Shown here piece after piece: positions 54,958 through 64,000 of a stretch of DNA of 64,000 nucleotides. A model generated the notes under the pieces. That model was not told where the DNA came from, did not search any database, and was given only the letters and a program-made list of their open reading frames with translations. The stretch covers positions 322,514-386,513 of the forward strand of contig CBDBMJ010000001.1 of assembly GCA_965207455.1 (NCBI GenBank), written 5' to 3'. How positions within the stretch are numbered: the stretch's first letter is position 1; every line of letters begins with the position of its first letter. Position numbers and translations under genes: made by a program. This stretch comes from Bdellovibrionota bacterium. GTDB taxonomy: Bacteria; Bdellovibrionota; UBA1018; CAIPTA01; JAALKR01.

Positions 54958-57510
54958 ATGCCTGGAAATGACAAGAAAAAAAACGTGGGTAAAAACGGGG
55001 AGAAACGATCCGACAGGAAAACGAAATCGGTATTGCTTTCTGATAATCCTTTGTTTAAGAAAAGTCGAGTGGAACTGCCGATTCGTCATAAAAATCTCCA
55101 GGGCTTTCGACGACTACCTTTGCTCGATGAATTAAGCCGAAAATTCCAACCATTGGACGAGCGCTATAACTTGCGCCCTAAAATTGTAATTGTTTTTCTA
55201 GCTGTTTTCTTGTCTTTTTTCATTTTTCATAAAATTACAGACCCATTTTATGATTATCGTTTAGGAGAAATCGCACAGCGCCACTTTATTTCTCAGCATA
55301 TTTTAGAGTTTGTGGACAAAGACACCACAGAGGCGAAACGCAAACAAGCCCTTCAGTCTGTTCTGCCCGTGTATGACTATGATCATCAAATTATTCATAA
55401 AAATACGCAACAAATGCGAAATGCATTTCAACAGATGCGCAAAAAATTTCCCAATTTGGTCAAGAAGAATAGGCGTTTGCACCGCAAGGCTTTAGCCGAC
55501 GGAGGAGAAAAACTCTCTGAATTTCAGGAAGCTAGAAAATTATTTGCCTCTGCCTTGGGTCTAGAGGTTTCCGATGGGGAATTCAAATCAGCCATGCGAC
55601 TAAATTTTTCCTATAAATTTGAACGAACCCTTATTCATTTATTTTCTGCTATTGATAACCGTCTTTTAGTTTTAAGTAAGGAAGTGCTGAATAGTAGCCC
55701 AGAAAAAGGGATTATCATTAATCATCTCAATGATCCCTTTCTGGAAAATAGGGAAGAGGTTTTTAAGAATTTGTCTACTATTGTGGATATAAAAAAATCG
55801 AGAGAGAATTTGCTGTCGAAAGGGTCAGAAATCTTCTTAAGTAGTCGCAAGGAAGATGAAAAAAATATTTTCAAACTTATGTCCAAGTTAGTGGTGCCAA
55901 ACCTAACTTTTAATAAGCAAATAACCGAACGAAGAAAAACTGCCGTGGTGGACGAGGTAAACCCTGTGATTATTAAGATCAGCAAAGGTGATATTATTGT
56001 TCGCTATGGAGATAGGATAACAGAGAGGCACCTTACCATTCTGAGATACATGGAAACTCAACAGAAAGATCAAGCATCCCATGTTCGATTTTTATTCACA
56101 GTAATTCTCCTCACAATATTGCTGTATGTATTATACAAATTTTGCTCCCATGGCTTTGAATCCTATACCTATACATTTAGAGACTTAGTTGTTTTTATGG
56201 CGCTGATGGTGGGAACAATTCTTAGTGTGAAGGGAATACAGTTTGTGGCTATAGAAGCATTTAGAGAAAAATTTCCTCAAATTCCACTAGAGTTTTATCA
56301 ATTTTTATTACCCCTGGGTGCTTGTCCTGTGGTGATTCGCATGATTAGCTCCCGGCTTTCTGCTCTGATGTTTATGATCATCATGTCTGTTATCTGTGGA
56401 ATTCTTTTGGATAGAAGTTTCTTTTTTGTTTGCTATGCACTCATTACCTCTCTTACGGCAACTACTCTTGCCAATAGGATTAAAACTAGGAGAGTGATAT
56501 ACCGAATGGGGCTGATTACTGGCTTGGTGAATATTGTGGTGATCACTTGTATTGCAGCGAATGTTCGTGATGGAGCTAATTTATCGTTGCTTTGGGACGA
56601 TATGTATTGGATTTTTTGGGCAGGATTTCTTTCAGGACTCCTTACTTCTGCTGTTGTTACTACCCTAGTGCCCATTATTGAGTTTTTTTCCGGTCACTCC
56701 ACGGATTTGCGTTTACTGGAACTGGCATCCATGGATCACCCTCTGCTCCAAGAACTGATGGTAAAGGCTCCAGGCACATACCACCATTCCATCATTATTG
56801 GTTCATTGGTGGAGAAATCAGCCGATGCCATTGGGGCGAATCCACTTTTAGCTCGTGTAATGGCCTATTACCATGATGTGGGCAAAACTGAACGTCCCCT
56901 GTACTTTATTGAAAATCAAGGGGGAGGTTATAATCGCCATGATGGACTACAACCCCACATGAGTGCCATGATCATTCGAGAACACGTTAAGAGGGGACAA
57001 GAGTTGGGCTATAAATATAAACTTCCTCAGCCCATTATCGATGCCATGAGTGAGCACCATGGCTCCTCTACGATCACCTATTTTTATAATAAAGCAAGAG
57101 GCCTGGCAGAGGATCCGGACTCTGTTATGGAAACGGACTACCAATATGATGGCGAAAGCCCACAGTCCAAGGAGTCTGCCCTGGTGATGTTGGGAGATGT
57201 GGTGGAGGCAGCTACCCGTTCCCTGGTGGATCCAACGCCACTAAGGCTGTCTGGTTTAGTAAGGAATGTGCTTAATAAATATTTTGCAGAAGGGCACTTG
57301 TCTGAGTGTAGCCTTACCCTAAGGGATCTGGACCTTATTGCAAAAAACTTCGTGGACGTGCTTATTGGTATTTATCATGCACGAATTGATTATGGTGTTT
57401 CCATTACGAAGGAACTTGATGTAAAGAAGAAAGAAAATGGAAATTTGGATTCAAAAGGAAACGGTCATAAGCGCGCCGGTGGTGGCACACTTAAAGCACG
57501 CAATATGTAA
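54958..57510 (+). CDS. pgpH: 7TM-receptor-with-intracellular-HD-hydrolase protein (PgpH/YqfF-like HD-domain phosphohydrolase)
   Basis: 850 aa. N-terminal extracytoplasmic region, 7 TM helices, then an HD domain (…HHSIIIGSLVEKSADAIGANPLLARVMAYYHDVGK…). Followed by ybeY as in Firmicutes/spirochetes. Confidence 0.7.
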   Translation: MPGNDKKKNVGKNGEKRSDRKTKSVLLSDNPLFKKSRVELPIRHKNLQGFRRLPLLDELSRKFQPLDERYNLRPKIVIVFLAVFLSFFIFHKITDPFYDYRLGEIAQRHFISQHILEFVDKDTTEAKRKQALQSVLPVYDYDHQIIHKNTQQMRNAFQQMRKKFPNLVKKNRRLHRKALADGGEKLSEFQEARKLFASALGLEVSDGEFKSAMRLNFSYKFERTLIHLFSAIDNRLLVLSKEVLNSSPEKGIIINHLNDPFLENREEVFKNLSTIVDIKKSRENLLSKGSEIFLSSRKEDEKNIFKLMSKLVVPNLTFNKQITERRKTAVVDEVNPVIIKISKGDIIVRYGDRITERHLTILRYMETQQKDQASHVRFLFTVILLTILLYVLYKFCSHGFESYTYTFRDLVVFMALMVGTILSVKGIQFVAIEAFREKFPQIPLEFYQFLLPLGACPVVIRMISSRLSALMFMIIMSVICGILLDRSFFFVCYALITSLTATTLANRIKTRRVIYRMGLITGLVNIVVITCIAANVRDGANLSLLWDDMYWIFWAGFLSGLLTSAVVTTLVPIIEFFSGHSTDLRLLELASMDHPLLQELMVKAPGTYHHSIIIGSLVEKSADAIGANPLLARVMAYYHDVGKTERPLYFIENQGGGYNRHDGLQPHMSAMIIREHVKRGQELGYKYKLPQPIIDAMSEHHGSSTITYFYNKARGLAEDPDSVMETDYQYDGESPQSKESALVMLGDVVEAATRSLVDPTPLRLSGLVRNVLNKYFAEGHLSECSLTLRDLDLIAKNFVDVLIGIYHARIDYGVSITKELDVKKKENGNLDSKGNGHKRAGGGTLKARNM

Positions 57511-57913
57511 AGTATTCCACAATTTATCCCGCCGACGATTGCTGAGTGCGTCGGCACTGAAAAAAATGGAGATTTCCATTCTTTTAACGGGAAATCTGGG
57601 AATACGAAAACTCAATAAGCAATGGAGAAAAAAAGATCGAGCTACCGATGTTCTATCCTTTCCCCAGTATACAGAGGCAGAACTGAAGAACTTTCCCATG
57701 AAGCGCACTTCATGGAGCCTGGGAGATGTGGTCCTCAATGTGGAACGTGCCCGAGTGGATGCAAAAAAAAATAAAATAACCCTGCGGGCAGAGCTGGATC
57801 GGTTATTAATCCATGGAATTGTTCATTTATTGGGTTACGACCATGAACTAGGAGAAAAAGAAGCCAAGCGCATGGAACGCCTAGAGAAGTACTTATTAGG
57901 TCATCACAGATAA
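57437..57913 (+). CDS. ybeY: rRNA maturation endoribonuclease YbeY
   Basis: 158 aa. …TDVLSFPQY… and the zinc-binding HGIVHLLGYDHE motif. Overlaps the 3' end of the pgpH-like gene by 74 nt in another frame. Confidence 0.8.
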   Translation: MEIWIQKETVISAPVVAHLKHAICKVFHNLSRRRLLSASALKKMEISILLTGNLGIRKLNKQWRKKDRATDVLSFPQYTEAELKNFPMKRTSWSLGDVVLNVERARVDAKKNKITLRAELDRLLIHGIVHLLGYDHELGEKEAKRMERLEKYLLGHHR

Positions 57914-58003
57914 ACCCACCACAAACAGAAAAAAACGTCGGCTGACACTGTGCGCGCATTCAATAAGTTGACAACGCCACCAAGGATAGGGTGTCATTAG
58001 GGT

Positions 58004-58585
58004 ATGGACAATAGAAACACTACTTATTTTGATCAAGACGGCGAGGAAGCCTTAAGACCCATTCATACCTATTCAGGAAATAGACGGTGGATTAAACAAT
58101 TGGTTCGCAACGAAGTGAACTTATCCCATACGGGCACAGGGGATTTAGTGGGTCACCAGGATCATAAGAAAGTTGTGGGAGAAGCCACAGTGGAGCTTCT
58201 AATAAGTTTAAAAGAGGAGTTTACCTCCTGTGTGGACATGTTTAATTCCTATCGAGGCGACAAGGACATGTTCAACTCCATCAAAATTTTTCATGTCTCT
58301 AAGACAGCAGCAGACTTCATTCTCTTTCGCAATAACCTGAAATTCTTAACGAGTAACGAAAACCTTGGAGTAATTAATTTTTCATTTATTTCCCGCATGG
58401 GCCTTTTGCCCCAGCAAACAGACACTGAGAATAAGACGAATTCCTCTAAGGAGAGTTACGACATTATAGCTCAAATATATCCATTTAATGAATTGGCTTG
58501 GACGTTTCACGGTGAAAGAATCAACATGGAAGCACTGGTTCGTTACATGTTTGTGGAGTTCGTAAAAACCTCAGCAGTATACTAG
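58004..58585 (+). CDS. hypothetical cytoplasmic protein
   Basis: 193-aa ORF with no recognisable motif. Reasonable codon usage. Confidence 0.35.
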   Translation: MDNRNTTYFDQDGEEALRPIHTYSGNRRWIKQLVRNEVNLSHTGTGDLVGHQDHKKVVGEATVELLISLKEEFTSCVDMFNSYRGDKDMFNSIKIFHVSKTAADFILFRNNLKFLTSNENLGVINFSFISRMGLLPQQTDTENKTNSSKESYDIIAQIYPFNELAWTFHGERINMEALVRYMFVEFVKTSAVY

Positions 58586-58592
58586 CACTTTT

Positions 58593-59492
58593 TTAAATAT
58601 GATCGCTTATTTGGTTTGATTGCTTTTTTATATTTGCTGAAAACTCTTCCTTTGTTTCTGGTTTCCAATTAAATTGATTTGAAAATTTCTTTGAACTAAG
58701 GGTGTAGTTTTGAGTTGCGCTATCTTCTTCTAAAAGAAGTTTCAAAGGTTTTGGAAACTGAAGACATTGGCCAAGCAGTGTACAAATATTTTTCTCATTT
58801 TCTTCCACTCCTCCTAAATGATAGATGGGAGAGAGGTTAGCGGGTTTATTTTCTAACAACCGCTCTATGGCATAGATTAAGTTGTATAGACTGATATAAC
58901 TATGTGTAGTGTTTGGGTTAACAGGTAGAGATTTGTCTTGGGTTAGATTTTTTCTAACAGTATCTAGGAAACTGGGTTGGTGAAAATGGCTTATTCCCAA
59001 TACTCTTCCAAAGCGTAGAATGGTACTGCTGATGGATTGTGTTCGAATATAGCCCTCTCCAGTTGCCTTGCTTTGGGCAAGTTCATGGGAATGAAAATTT
59101 TGGTTTTCTTCTTTGGATTGTTTTTTTTTTCCATCTAATATTTCAGCACAGCTAAGATGAATATTGGGAATTTCTCTATCCGACGCACTTTGGGCGAGAG
59201 CTAGAGGTATGTAAGTATTTACTATACTAGCAAGAGATTTATTTTCCTCACATTCCTTTAGATTGTTTAATCCACTGGCCATGATGGTATAGCTGGGGCG
59301 TAGCATTTTCATATACCTGTCTATTAATAGTTTAAAAGAATCCATATTGAGAGGGTAAGAGTGCACATCGGGTATGGATATGGGATGATTGAAATAAACT
59401 CCTGTTACGGAGTATTTGTGTCTTAGGTGGTAAGCTAGATTGTACCCAATAAATCCACTGATTCCCAATATGAAGATACGTTTTTTTACCAT
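58593..59492 (-). CDS. NAD(P)-binding Rossmann-fold protein, RmlD/epimerase-dehydratase-like
   Basis: 299 aa. N-terminal RIFILGISGFIGYNLAYHL (a GxxGxxG-like dinucleotide fold). Size fits dTDP-4-dehydrorhamnose reductase-like enzymes. Immediately downstream of the flagellin gene. Confidence 0.4.
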   Translation of the reverse strand: MVKKRIFILGISGFIGYNLAYHLRHKYSVTGVYFNHPISIPDVHSYPLNMDSFKLLIDRYMKMLRPSYTIMASGLNNLKECEENKSLASIVNTYIPLALAQSASDREIPNIHLSCAEILDGKKKQSKEENQNFHSHELAQSKATGEGYIRTQSISSTILRFGRVLGISHFHQPSFLDTVRKNLTQDKSLPVNPNTTHSYISLYNLIYAIERLLENKPANLSPIYHLGGVEENEKNICTLLGQCLQFPKPLKLLLEEDSATQNYTLSSKKFSNQFNWKPETKEEFSANIKKQSNQISDHI

Positions 59493-59539
59493 TCACTCTA
59501 TGGTAGCAGAAAATAAAAGAGCTGTTTTAAAGATTAATT

Positions 59540-59559
59540 CCGGCCCATTGCTGGGCCGG
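59540..59559 (-). terminator. GC-rich hairpin CCGGCCCA-ttgc-TGGGCCGG ~40 nt downstream of the flagellin stop
   Basis: Perfect 8-bp stem. Moderately U-rich on the minus strand afterwards (aauuaaucuuu). Confidence 0.45.
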
Positions 59560-59601
59560 AATCTGAAGCAGGAAATGAACTATTATCTGCTTATGAAATT
59601 T

Positions 59602-60441
59602 TTAAACTCTTCCTAAAAGCTGTACTACGCCTTCTCCATGACTATTAGCTTGTCCTAAGACGGCGATACCTGCTTGCATTAAAATTTTGTTTTTTGCGAG
59701 TTCTGCTGTTTCCTCTGCCATATCTGCGTCGCTTATACGAGAGTTTGCAGCAGACATATTTTCCACACTTACTCTAATATTATTTAGAGTGGACTGTAGC
59801 CTGTTTTGTATGGCTCCAAAATTAGCACGGATTCTAGACACCTGTACAATGGCGCTATCTATTGTATCCAGAGAATTCTGTGAATTTACTTTTTCTTCCA
59901 CACTTGTTTCGTCTAATTCAAGTGCGGCTGAGGAAACATTTGTTCGGCTGACATCAAAGGTAATTCTATCCACTGTGGGATTATTTCGAGTACCCACTTG
60001 GATGTCTATTTTTTTACCAGAACCATTTAGTAGAGGCACTCGATTAAACTCGGAAGAGTTAGCAATTCGATCTATTTCATCTTTAAGAGCGCTATATTCC
60101 ACATTTAAAAATTTTCGTTCTTCTGCTCCAATAGTATCGGAAGCTGCTTGTACGGAGAGTTCTCTTAGTCGAATTAAAATTCTACTTACTTCCGTGAGTC
60201 CGCCTTCAGCTACTTGAATCAGGGAGATACCGTCTTGGGCATTTCTGCCAGCTTGCCCCAATCCTCTTATTTGTGCTTTTAGGTTTTCACTAATGGCCAG
60301 CCCAGCTGCATCGTCTCCTGCACGATTGATGCGGTTACCGCTAGCCAATCTTTCCAGAGATTTTTCTAAAGCAGTACTGGTGCCTGCCAGCGACCTTTGG
60401 GCGTTTATTGATGATATATTGGTGTTTATCCTTAAACTCAT
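59602..60441 (-). CDS. fliC: flagellin
   Basis: 279 aa. N-terminal MSLRINTNISSINAQRSLAGTSTALEKSLERLASGNRINRAGDDAAGLAISE and C-terminal …AETAELAKNKILMQAGIAVLGQANSHGEGVVQLLGRV are conserved D0/D1 segments. RBS GGAGG. Confidence 0.9.
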   Translation of the reverse strand: MSLRINTNISSINAQRSLAGTSTALEKSLERLASGNRINRAGDDAAGLAISENLKAQIRGLGQAGRNAQDGISLIQVAEGGLTEVSRILIRLRELSVQAASDTIGAEERKFLNVEYSALKDEIDRIANSSEFNRVPLLNGSGKKIDIQVGTRNNPTVDRITFDVSRTNVSSAALELDETSVEEKVNSQNSLDTIDSAIVQVSRIRANFGAIQNRLQSTLNNIRVSVENMSAANSRISDADMAEETAELAKNKILMQAGIAVLGQANSHGEGVVQLLGRV

Positions 60442-60496
60442 ATCCGCTCCTCCTTGAGGGTTTTTGTTATTGTTTGCTCTACATGTTTCAAAAATA

Positions 60497-60523
60497 TAAT
60501 CGGAACTTTGGGATAGAACTTTA
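60497..60523 (-). promoter_or_regulatory. sigma-28 (FliA) promoter of the flagellin gene: TAAAGTTC-N11-TCCGATTA
   Basis: Minus-strand sequence cataaagttctatcccaaagttccgattatattttt matches the consensus TAAAGTTT-N11-GCCGATAA closely. It is ~55 nt upstream of the flagellin ATG. Confidence 0.65.
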
Positions 60524-60549
60524 TGAAAAAATAAAATATAATTTAATAG

Positions 60550-61704
60550 ATGGATTTAAAATCAAGAAATATACATCCGCATGAACTGGAAGAGGTGATA
60601 TCCATGGTTTCCGATGAGTTTTCCTATCCCAATGGAGAGAAAATTAGTCGAGATTTCCCGTTATTATTCTCCATGTCCAACCATAAGCACTTATGGGTAC
60701 ATGCCTCCGAAGAAGATACAACAAGTAATATTTATTCCCATAGTGGAAGTTTTTTTACTCAAATGTATATAGATGGATTTTCCTTGCCTGTTGGTGGTAT
60801 TGGAGGGGTGGTAGCTAGAAAAAACAAGCAAGGAAAGGGGCTGGCCACTGATTTAGTAGAGAAATGTATTCAAGATTTGAGGAAGCAGGGAGCTGCTCTG
60901 GCTTTTTTATGGACAGGTAATTTCGACTTCTACAGAAGGCTTGGCTTCGATCTGGTGGGTCGTCAGTGGTTTATTCATCTATTAAAGGAAAGAAGGTATT
61001 TGCTCCTACGGATGGCAAAGAAATTAGCTGAAGAGCAGGGGAAGTCTTTGGAGGATTGGACCATACTGGATAGTTTTGAAGCAAAACGCTGTGTGATGAA
61101 AGAGGGTAAGGCACTTTTGGATCAACATAGTTTGCGTGTGGAGCGTGATTTAGAACAATTCTCTAAATTATTATCTTTACCTAAGTCTAGGGTGTTGGGT
61201 TCTCAGTATAGAGGTAATTTAGATGCCTACCTTGTGATAGATAAGGGAATTGACTTAAAGGATCATATTCATGAGTGGGCAGGAGATACGGTGCCCCTGC
61301 TACTACTCATGGCAAAAGCATTGGAGGAAGGTTCTCTTACATTCATTTCGCCTCAATTTACATTAGAGGAGGCGCCTATCTTATATGAGTTAGAAAAGAA
61401 TGGGTTTCTTGCCCAAGCGGGATATATGTCCATGGTGAAGTTATTGGATTTCTCAGCTATTGAAAAGCTTATTTATCAAAAAATAGAGGGTATGAAATTA
61501 TCCAAAGAAGATTTTTCTTTGGAAAAAAAAGAAGGGCGTTATTGGATTGGCAATGAATTAAATCTAAGTGAGTCTGACTTTTTAAAGTTAATTTTTGGTC
61601 CAGAATTGCCATCAACATACTTTCAGTGTGAAAAGGAACTGCAGAATTACCTGGATGCTCTCTTTCCTCTACGCCTATGGTGGTGGGGTTTAGATTCTGT
61701 ATAA
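60550..61704 (+). CDS. GNAT-family N-acetyltransferase, Eis-like architecture
   Basis: 384 aa. …IDGFSLPVGGIGGVVARKNKQGKGLATDLVEKCIQDLRKQGAALAFLWTGNFDFYRRLGFDLVG… (acetyl-CoA binding R/Q-x-x-G-x-G/A region). The length and the extra C-terminal domain are like Eis/COG4552. Divergent from flagellin. Confidence 0.45.
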   Translation: MDLKSRNIHPHELEEVISMVSDEFSYPNGEKISRDFPLLFSMSNHKHLWVHASEEDTTSNIYSHSGSFFTQMYIDGFSLPVGGIGGVVARKNKQGKGLATDLVEKCIQDLRKQGAALAFLWTGNFDFYRRLGFDLVGRQWFIHLLKERRYLLLRMAKKLAEEQGKSLEDWTILDSFEAKRCVMKEGKALLDQHSLRVERDLEQFSKLLSLPKSRVLGSQYRGNLDAYLVIDKGIDLKDHIHEWAGDTVPLLLLMAKALEEGSLTFISPQFTLEEAPILYELEKNGFLAQAGYMSMVKLLDFSAIEKLIYQKIEGMKLSKEDFSLEKKEGRYWIGNELNLSESDFLKLIFGPELPSTYFQCEKELQNYLDALFPLRLWWWGLDSV

Positions 61705-63701
61705 GCAACGGGTTCCAGTTCAATTTTCAGTAGATGGATACTTACTCGAGCTATTTGTACTTCTATCCGGTCGCCTAGGATGATTTTTTTTCCAGACCGT
61801 AGTTTTCTAAAAAACATATATTTTTCGTTATACACATAGTCTGCTCCCATTCTATTAATATCTACGAATCCTTCAATTAGGAGAGTGTCTAGTTCCACAA
61901 AAGCCCCTTTTCTATTAAAACTCATGATGGTGCCAGTAAATGTATGTCCCAGGTATTTGCTAGCATAGCGAGCTTGTTTTAGTTGTATCATTTGTCTTTC
62001 TGCTTCGATGGCAGCTCGGTCCCTTTCGGAGCAATTTTGAGCAATCGTGGAAAGGTATTTTGGAGAAAATAATTTTTTAGCCTTAGGTAGTGATTGGAAT
62101 GTAGCTTTGAGGGAGCGGTGAACAGTAAGATCCGCATACCTGCGTATGGGGCTAGTAAAGTGGGTGTAAAAATCAGAGGCAAGAGCAAAATGCTTCAAGT
62201 TATTTTTGCTATAAATAGCTTGTTTTAAGCTCCTTAGCAGGAGTATGTTTAATACTTTTTTAGATGGATGATTGTCTATTGCTTTCAAGAAATGTTGATA
62301 GGAGGTTTGAATGCCAGAATTTTTTTGATTTTTTACAGGTATACCTAAGGATTGGGCAATGGTTAGAAATGTTTCTGTGGAGTTACTTTCGGGTGGCTCA
62401 TGAACACGGAAAATAATTGGAACTCTTTTTTCCGATAGAGATTTAGCAGTGGCTTCATTAGCTGCTATCATGCATTCCTCTATTAGTCTGTGGGAATTTA
62501 GTCTTTGAATTTTCTCTACTCCAAGTGGCTTTCCTTCAGGACTTACTTTGATAGCGGACTCCTGTATATCCAGATCTATATTTCCTCTTTGATTTCTATT
62601 TTTTAATAAAGATTCATATATGGCGAATAAGGATTTCAGGCTTTCTTTTATGGGAGAATCAAAGTCTTTCTTCTTTTCAAAGAAATCTTCCACTTCGCGA
62701 TAAGTGCAGCGTTTTTGGCTTTGGATAACAGCATTATAAAAGTTAGATTTCTCTACCTCTCCTTTTTTATTAAATTGTATTTCACAAACCACAGCTAGTC
62801 GGTCCACATTTGGTTTTAGAGAGCAGATTCCATTGGAGAGTTTTTCAGGCAACATGGGCACAGCCATGTGAGGAAAATAAACGCTTGTTCCTCGAAGGAA
62901 AGCTTCTTTATCTATGGGTGAATTGGGTATTACATAATGGGATACATCGGCAATAGCAACCCAAAGGGTATGACCGCCGGATTTTAATTTTTCAGCACAT
63001 ACGGCATCGTCGAAATCTTTAGCTGTGGGACCATCTATGGTGATAAATGCCATGTCTCTTAGATCTTTCCGGTCTTTATATTCTTCTTTTTTTACATGGG
63101 AAGGAATTCGCTTTTCTTGATCTACACACGCTTTAGGAAACACAGTATTTAAATTATGCTTAGAAGTGATATATAGATCATCTGTGGTGAAATCCATGGA
63201 TTCGCCTAGGATGGAAACAATCTCTCCTTTAGGAAGCTCATATAAATTCTTGCCATAGACGATTTTCACTAGAATAGCATTTCCTGGCTTTAAATTTTTC
63301 ATGGATGTTTGCTTTTCGTGTAGTTTGAGAGGAATCATAAGGTCCATGCCCTTACCTTGAACCTCTATCATGGGTTTTTTCCGGTCTAAAACAAAAGTAC
63401 CAACCACGGTTTTTAAATTGTGTTTGATAATACGAATTAGTTCACCACTATATTTTTTTGTTGAGCGGTGAGAAGTGGAGACTCGAACCTCCACGATATC
63501 TCCAGTTATTAAGGGAGCAGCCTCGTCAGCACCTAGGAAAATATCTTCATTAAACCCTTTAACGGGTGGTTGGATAGCTATGAAGGCAAAACCTTTAGAG
63601 TTTTTAATAACCCGACCACAGACAATAGTATTACTCGGATTTTTTTTTGAAAAGTTTCGTTTTCGAGATTTTTTTGCGAAAGATTTTTTTTTTCTTTTCA
63701 T
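61647..63701 (-). CDS. rnr: ribonuclease R (RNB-family 3'-5' exoribonuclease with S1 domain)
   Basis: Cold-shock-like N-terminus (…CGRVIKNSKGFAFI…), RNB core (…AFITIDGPTAKDFDDAV… and …HFALASDFYTHFTSPIRRYADL…), and a C-terminal S1 (…GTIMSFNRKGAFVELD…). A basic N-terminal stretch MKRKKKSFAKKSRKR. The start is taken at Met-34 of the ORF (63701); the 63800 start is possible. Confidence 0.8.
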   Translation of the reverse strand: MKRKKKSFAKKSRKRNFSKKNPSNTIVCGRVIKNSKGFAFIAIQPPVKGFNEDIFLGADEAAPLITGDIVEVRVSTSHRSTKKYSGELIRIIKHNLKTVVGTFVLDRKKPMIEVQGKGMDLMIPLKLHEKQTSMKNLKPGNAILVKIVYGKNLYELPKGEIVSILGESMDFTTDDLYITSKHNLNTVFPKACVDQEKRIPSHVKKEEYKDRKDLRDMAFITIDGPTAKDFDDAVCAEKLKSGGHTLWVAIADVSHYVIPNSPIDKEAFLRGTSVYFPHMAVPMLPEKLSNGICSLKPNVDRLAVVCEIQFNKKGEVEKSNFYNAVIQSQKRCTYREVEDFFEKKKDFDSPIKESLKSLFAIYESLLKNRNQRGNIDLDIQESAIKVSPEGKPLGVEKIQRLNSHRLIEECMIAANEATAKSLSEKRVPIIFRVHEPPESNSTETFLTIAQSLGIPVKNQKNSGIQTSYQHFLKAIDNHPSKKVLNILLLRSLKQAIYSKNNLKHFALASDFYTHFTSPIRRYADLTVHRSLKATFQSLPKAKKLFSPKYLSTIAQNCSERDRAAIEAERQMIQLKQARYASKYLGHTFTGTIMSFNRKGAFVELDTLLIEGFVDINRMGADYVYNEKYMFFRKLRSGKKIILGDRIEVQIARVSIHLLKIELEPVAYTESKPHHHRRRGKRASR

Positions 63702-63953
63702 GACTTTTGTTTTTATAAAAACGATTCTCAAAGATTCTGAATATACCTTTATAATAGCATAGATAAGGCTAATCGAGAGAAAATACCTGTTCAAAGGCAT
63801 AGCTAAGTTTCATTCATATTTTTTTATACTGATTATCGTGTAGGTAATGATGTATTTTTTATACCGTTGACTTTTTGATGCGGTATGGAATAAAATAATA
63901 TTTGTAATTATAAAAATAACAATAACACAGTGACAACTTGGAGGTTGCTATAA

Positions 63954-64000
63954 TGAAAAAATATATTTCTATCGTAATGATGATTAGCATTGGGATTTTA
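63954..64000 (+). CDS. 5' end of a gene encoding a protein with an N-terminal signal/TM segment (MKKYISIVMMISIGIL…)
   Basis: GGAGG RBS 8 nt upstream. Runs off the window. Confidence 0.3.

Noticed and set aside
1-64000. Search for tRNA, rRNA, tmRNA, prophage or integrase signatures
   Set aside because: No cloverleaf-compatible segments with conserved GTTC/T-loop or anticodon-arm features were noticed by eye. Apart from the truncated IS transposase, no phage-like or integrase genes were seen. A tRNAscan or cmscan run would be needed to be definitive.

Overview
This 64 kb window comes from a low-GC bacterium (roughly 35-40 % GC by eye) with a Gram-negative-type envelope. A short flagellin and a triplicated family of large metzincin-type zinc metalloproteases suggest a Bdellovibrionota-like or similar lineage, but I cannot verify that here. 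About half of the window (24.7-47 kb) is one contiguous Bacillus/spirochete-style flagellar super-operon, in the order flgB flgC fliE fliF fliG fliH fliI fliJ flbB-like fliK flgD orf flgE, then fliL fliM fliN fliO fliP fliQ fliR flhB flhA flhF flhG fliA. Just upstream sits a sigma-54 enhancer-binding protein with a degenerate receiver domain (FleQ/FlrA-like). Two textbook sigma-54 -24/-12 promoters lie in front of the flgB block (via a TPR gene) and in front of fliL. A separate flagellin gene at 59.6-60.4 kb has a textbook sigma-28 promoter. The most unusual element is the gene pair directly after fliA and co-oriented with it: a kinase-dead, HPt-less CheA-like protein (a degenerate P4 ATPase domain plus a P5 CheW-like domain) followed by a 766-aa receptor-like membrane protein with a periplasmic loop, a PAS-like domain and a long coiled coil but no MCP signalling motif. 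No motAB, cheY, cheW or canonical cheA genes occur in the window, so this pair looks like an undescribed chemosensory-derived module wired into the flagellar regulon. Other content: a shikimate-pathway cluster (aroC, a trifunctional AroD-AroE-AroA fusion, aroK) next to ubiE; tandem Cys-repeat lipoprotein paralogs; three tandem secreted metzincin paralogs (the middle one broken) separated by a highly conserved GC-rich spacer; a conserved uncharacterised glycosyltransferase-like cluster (GT-C-like membrane protein, GT2, DedA-FAD disulfide oxidoreductase fusion, DUF2064); coaE; ornithine aminotransferase; a truncated IS1634/IS4-family transposase remnant; pgpH-like 7TM-HD phosphohydrolase plus ybeY; an Eis-like GNAT; and RNase R. 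No rRNA, tRNA or CRISPR was detected.
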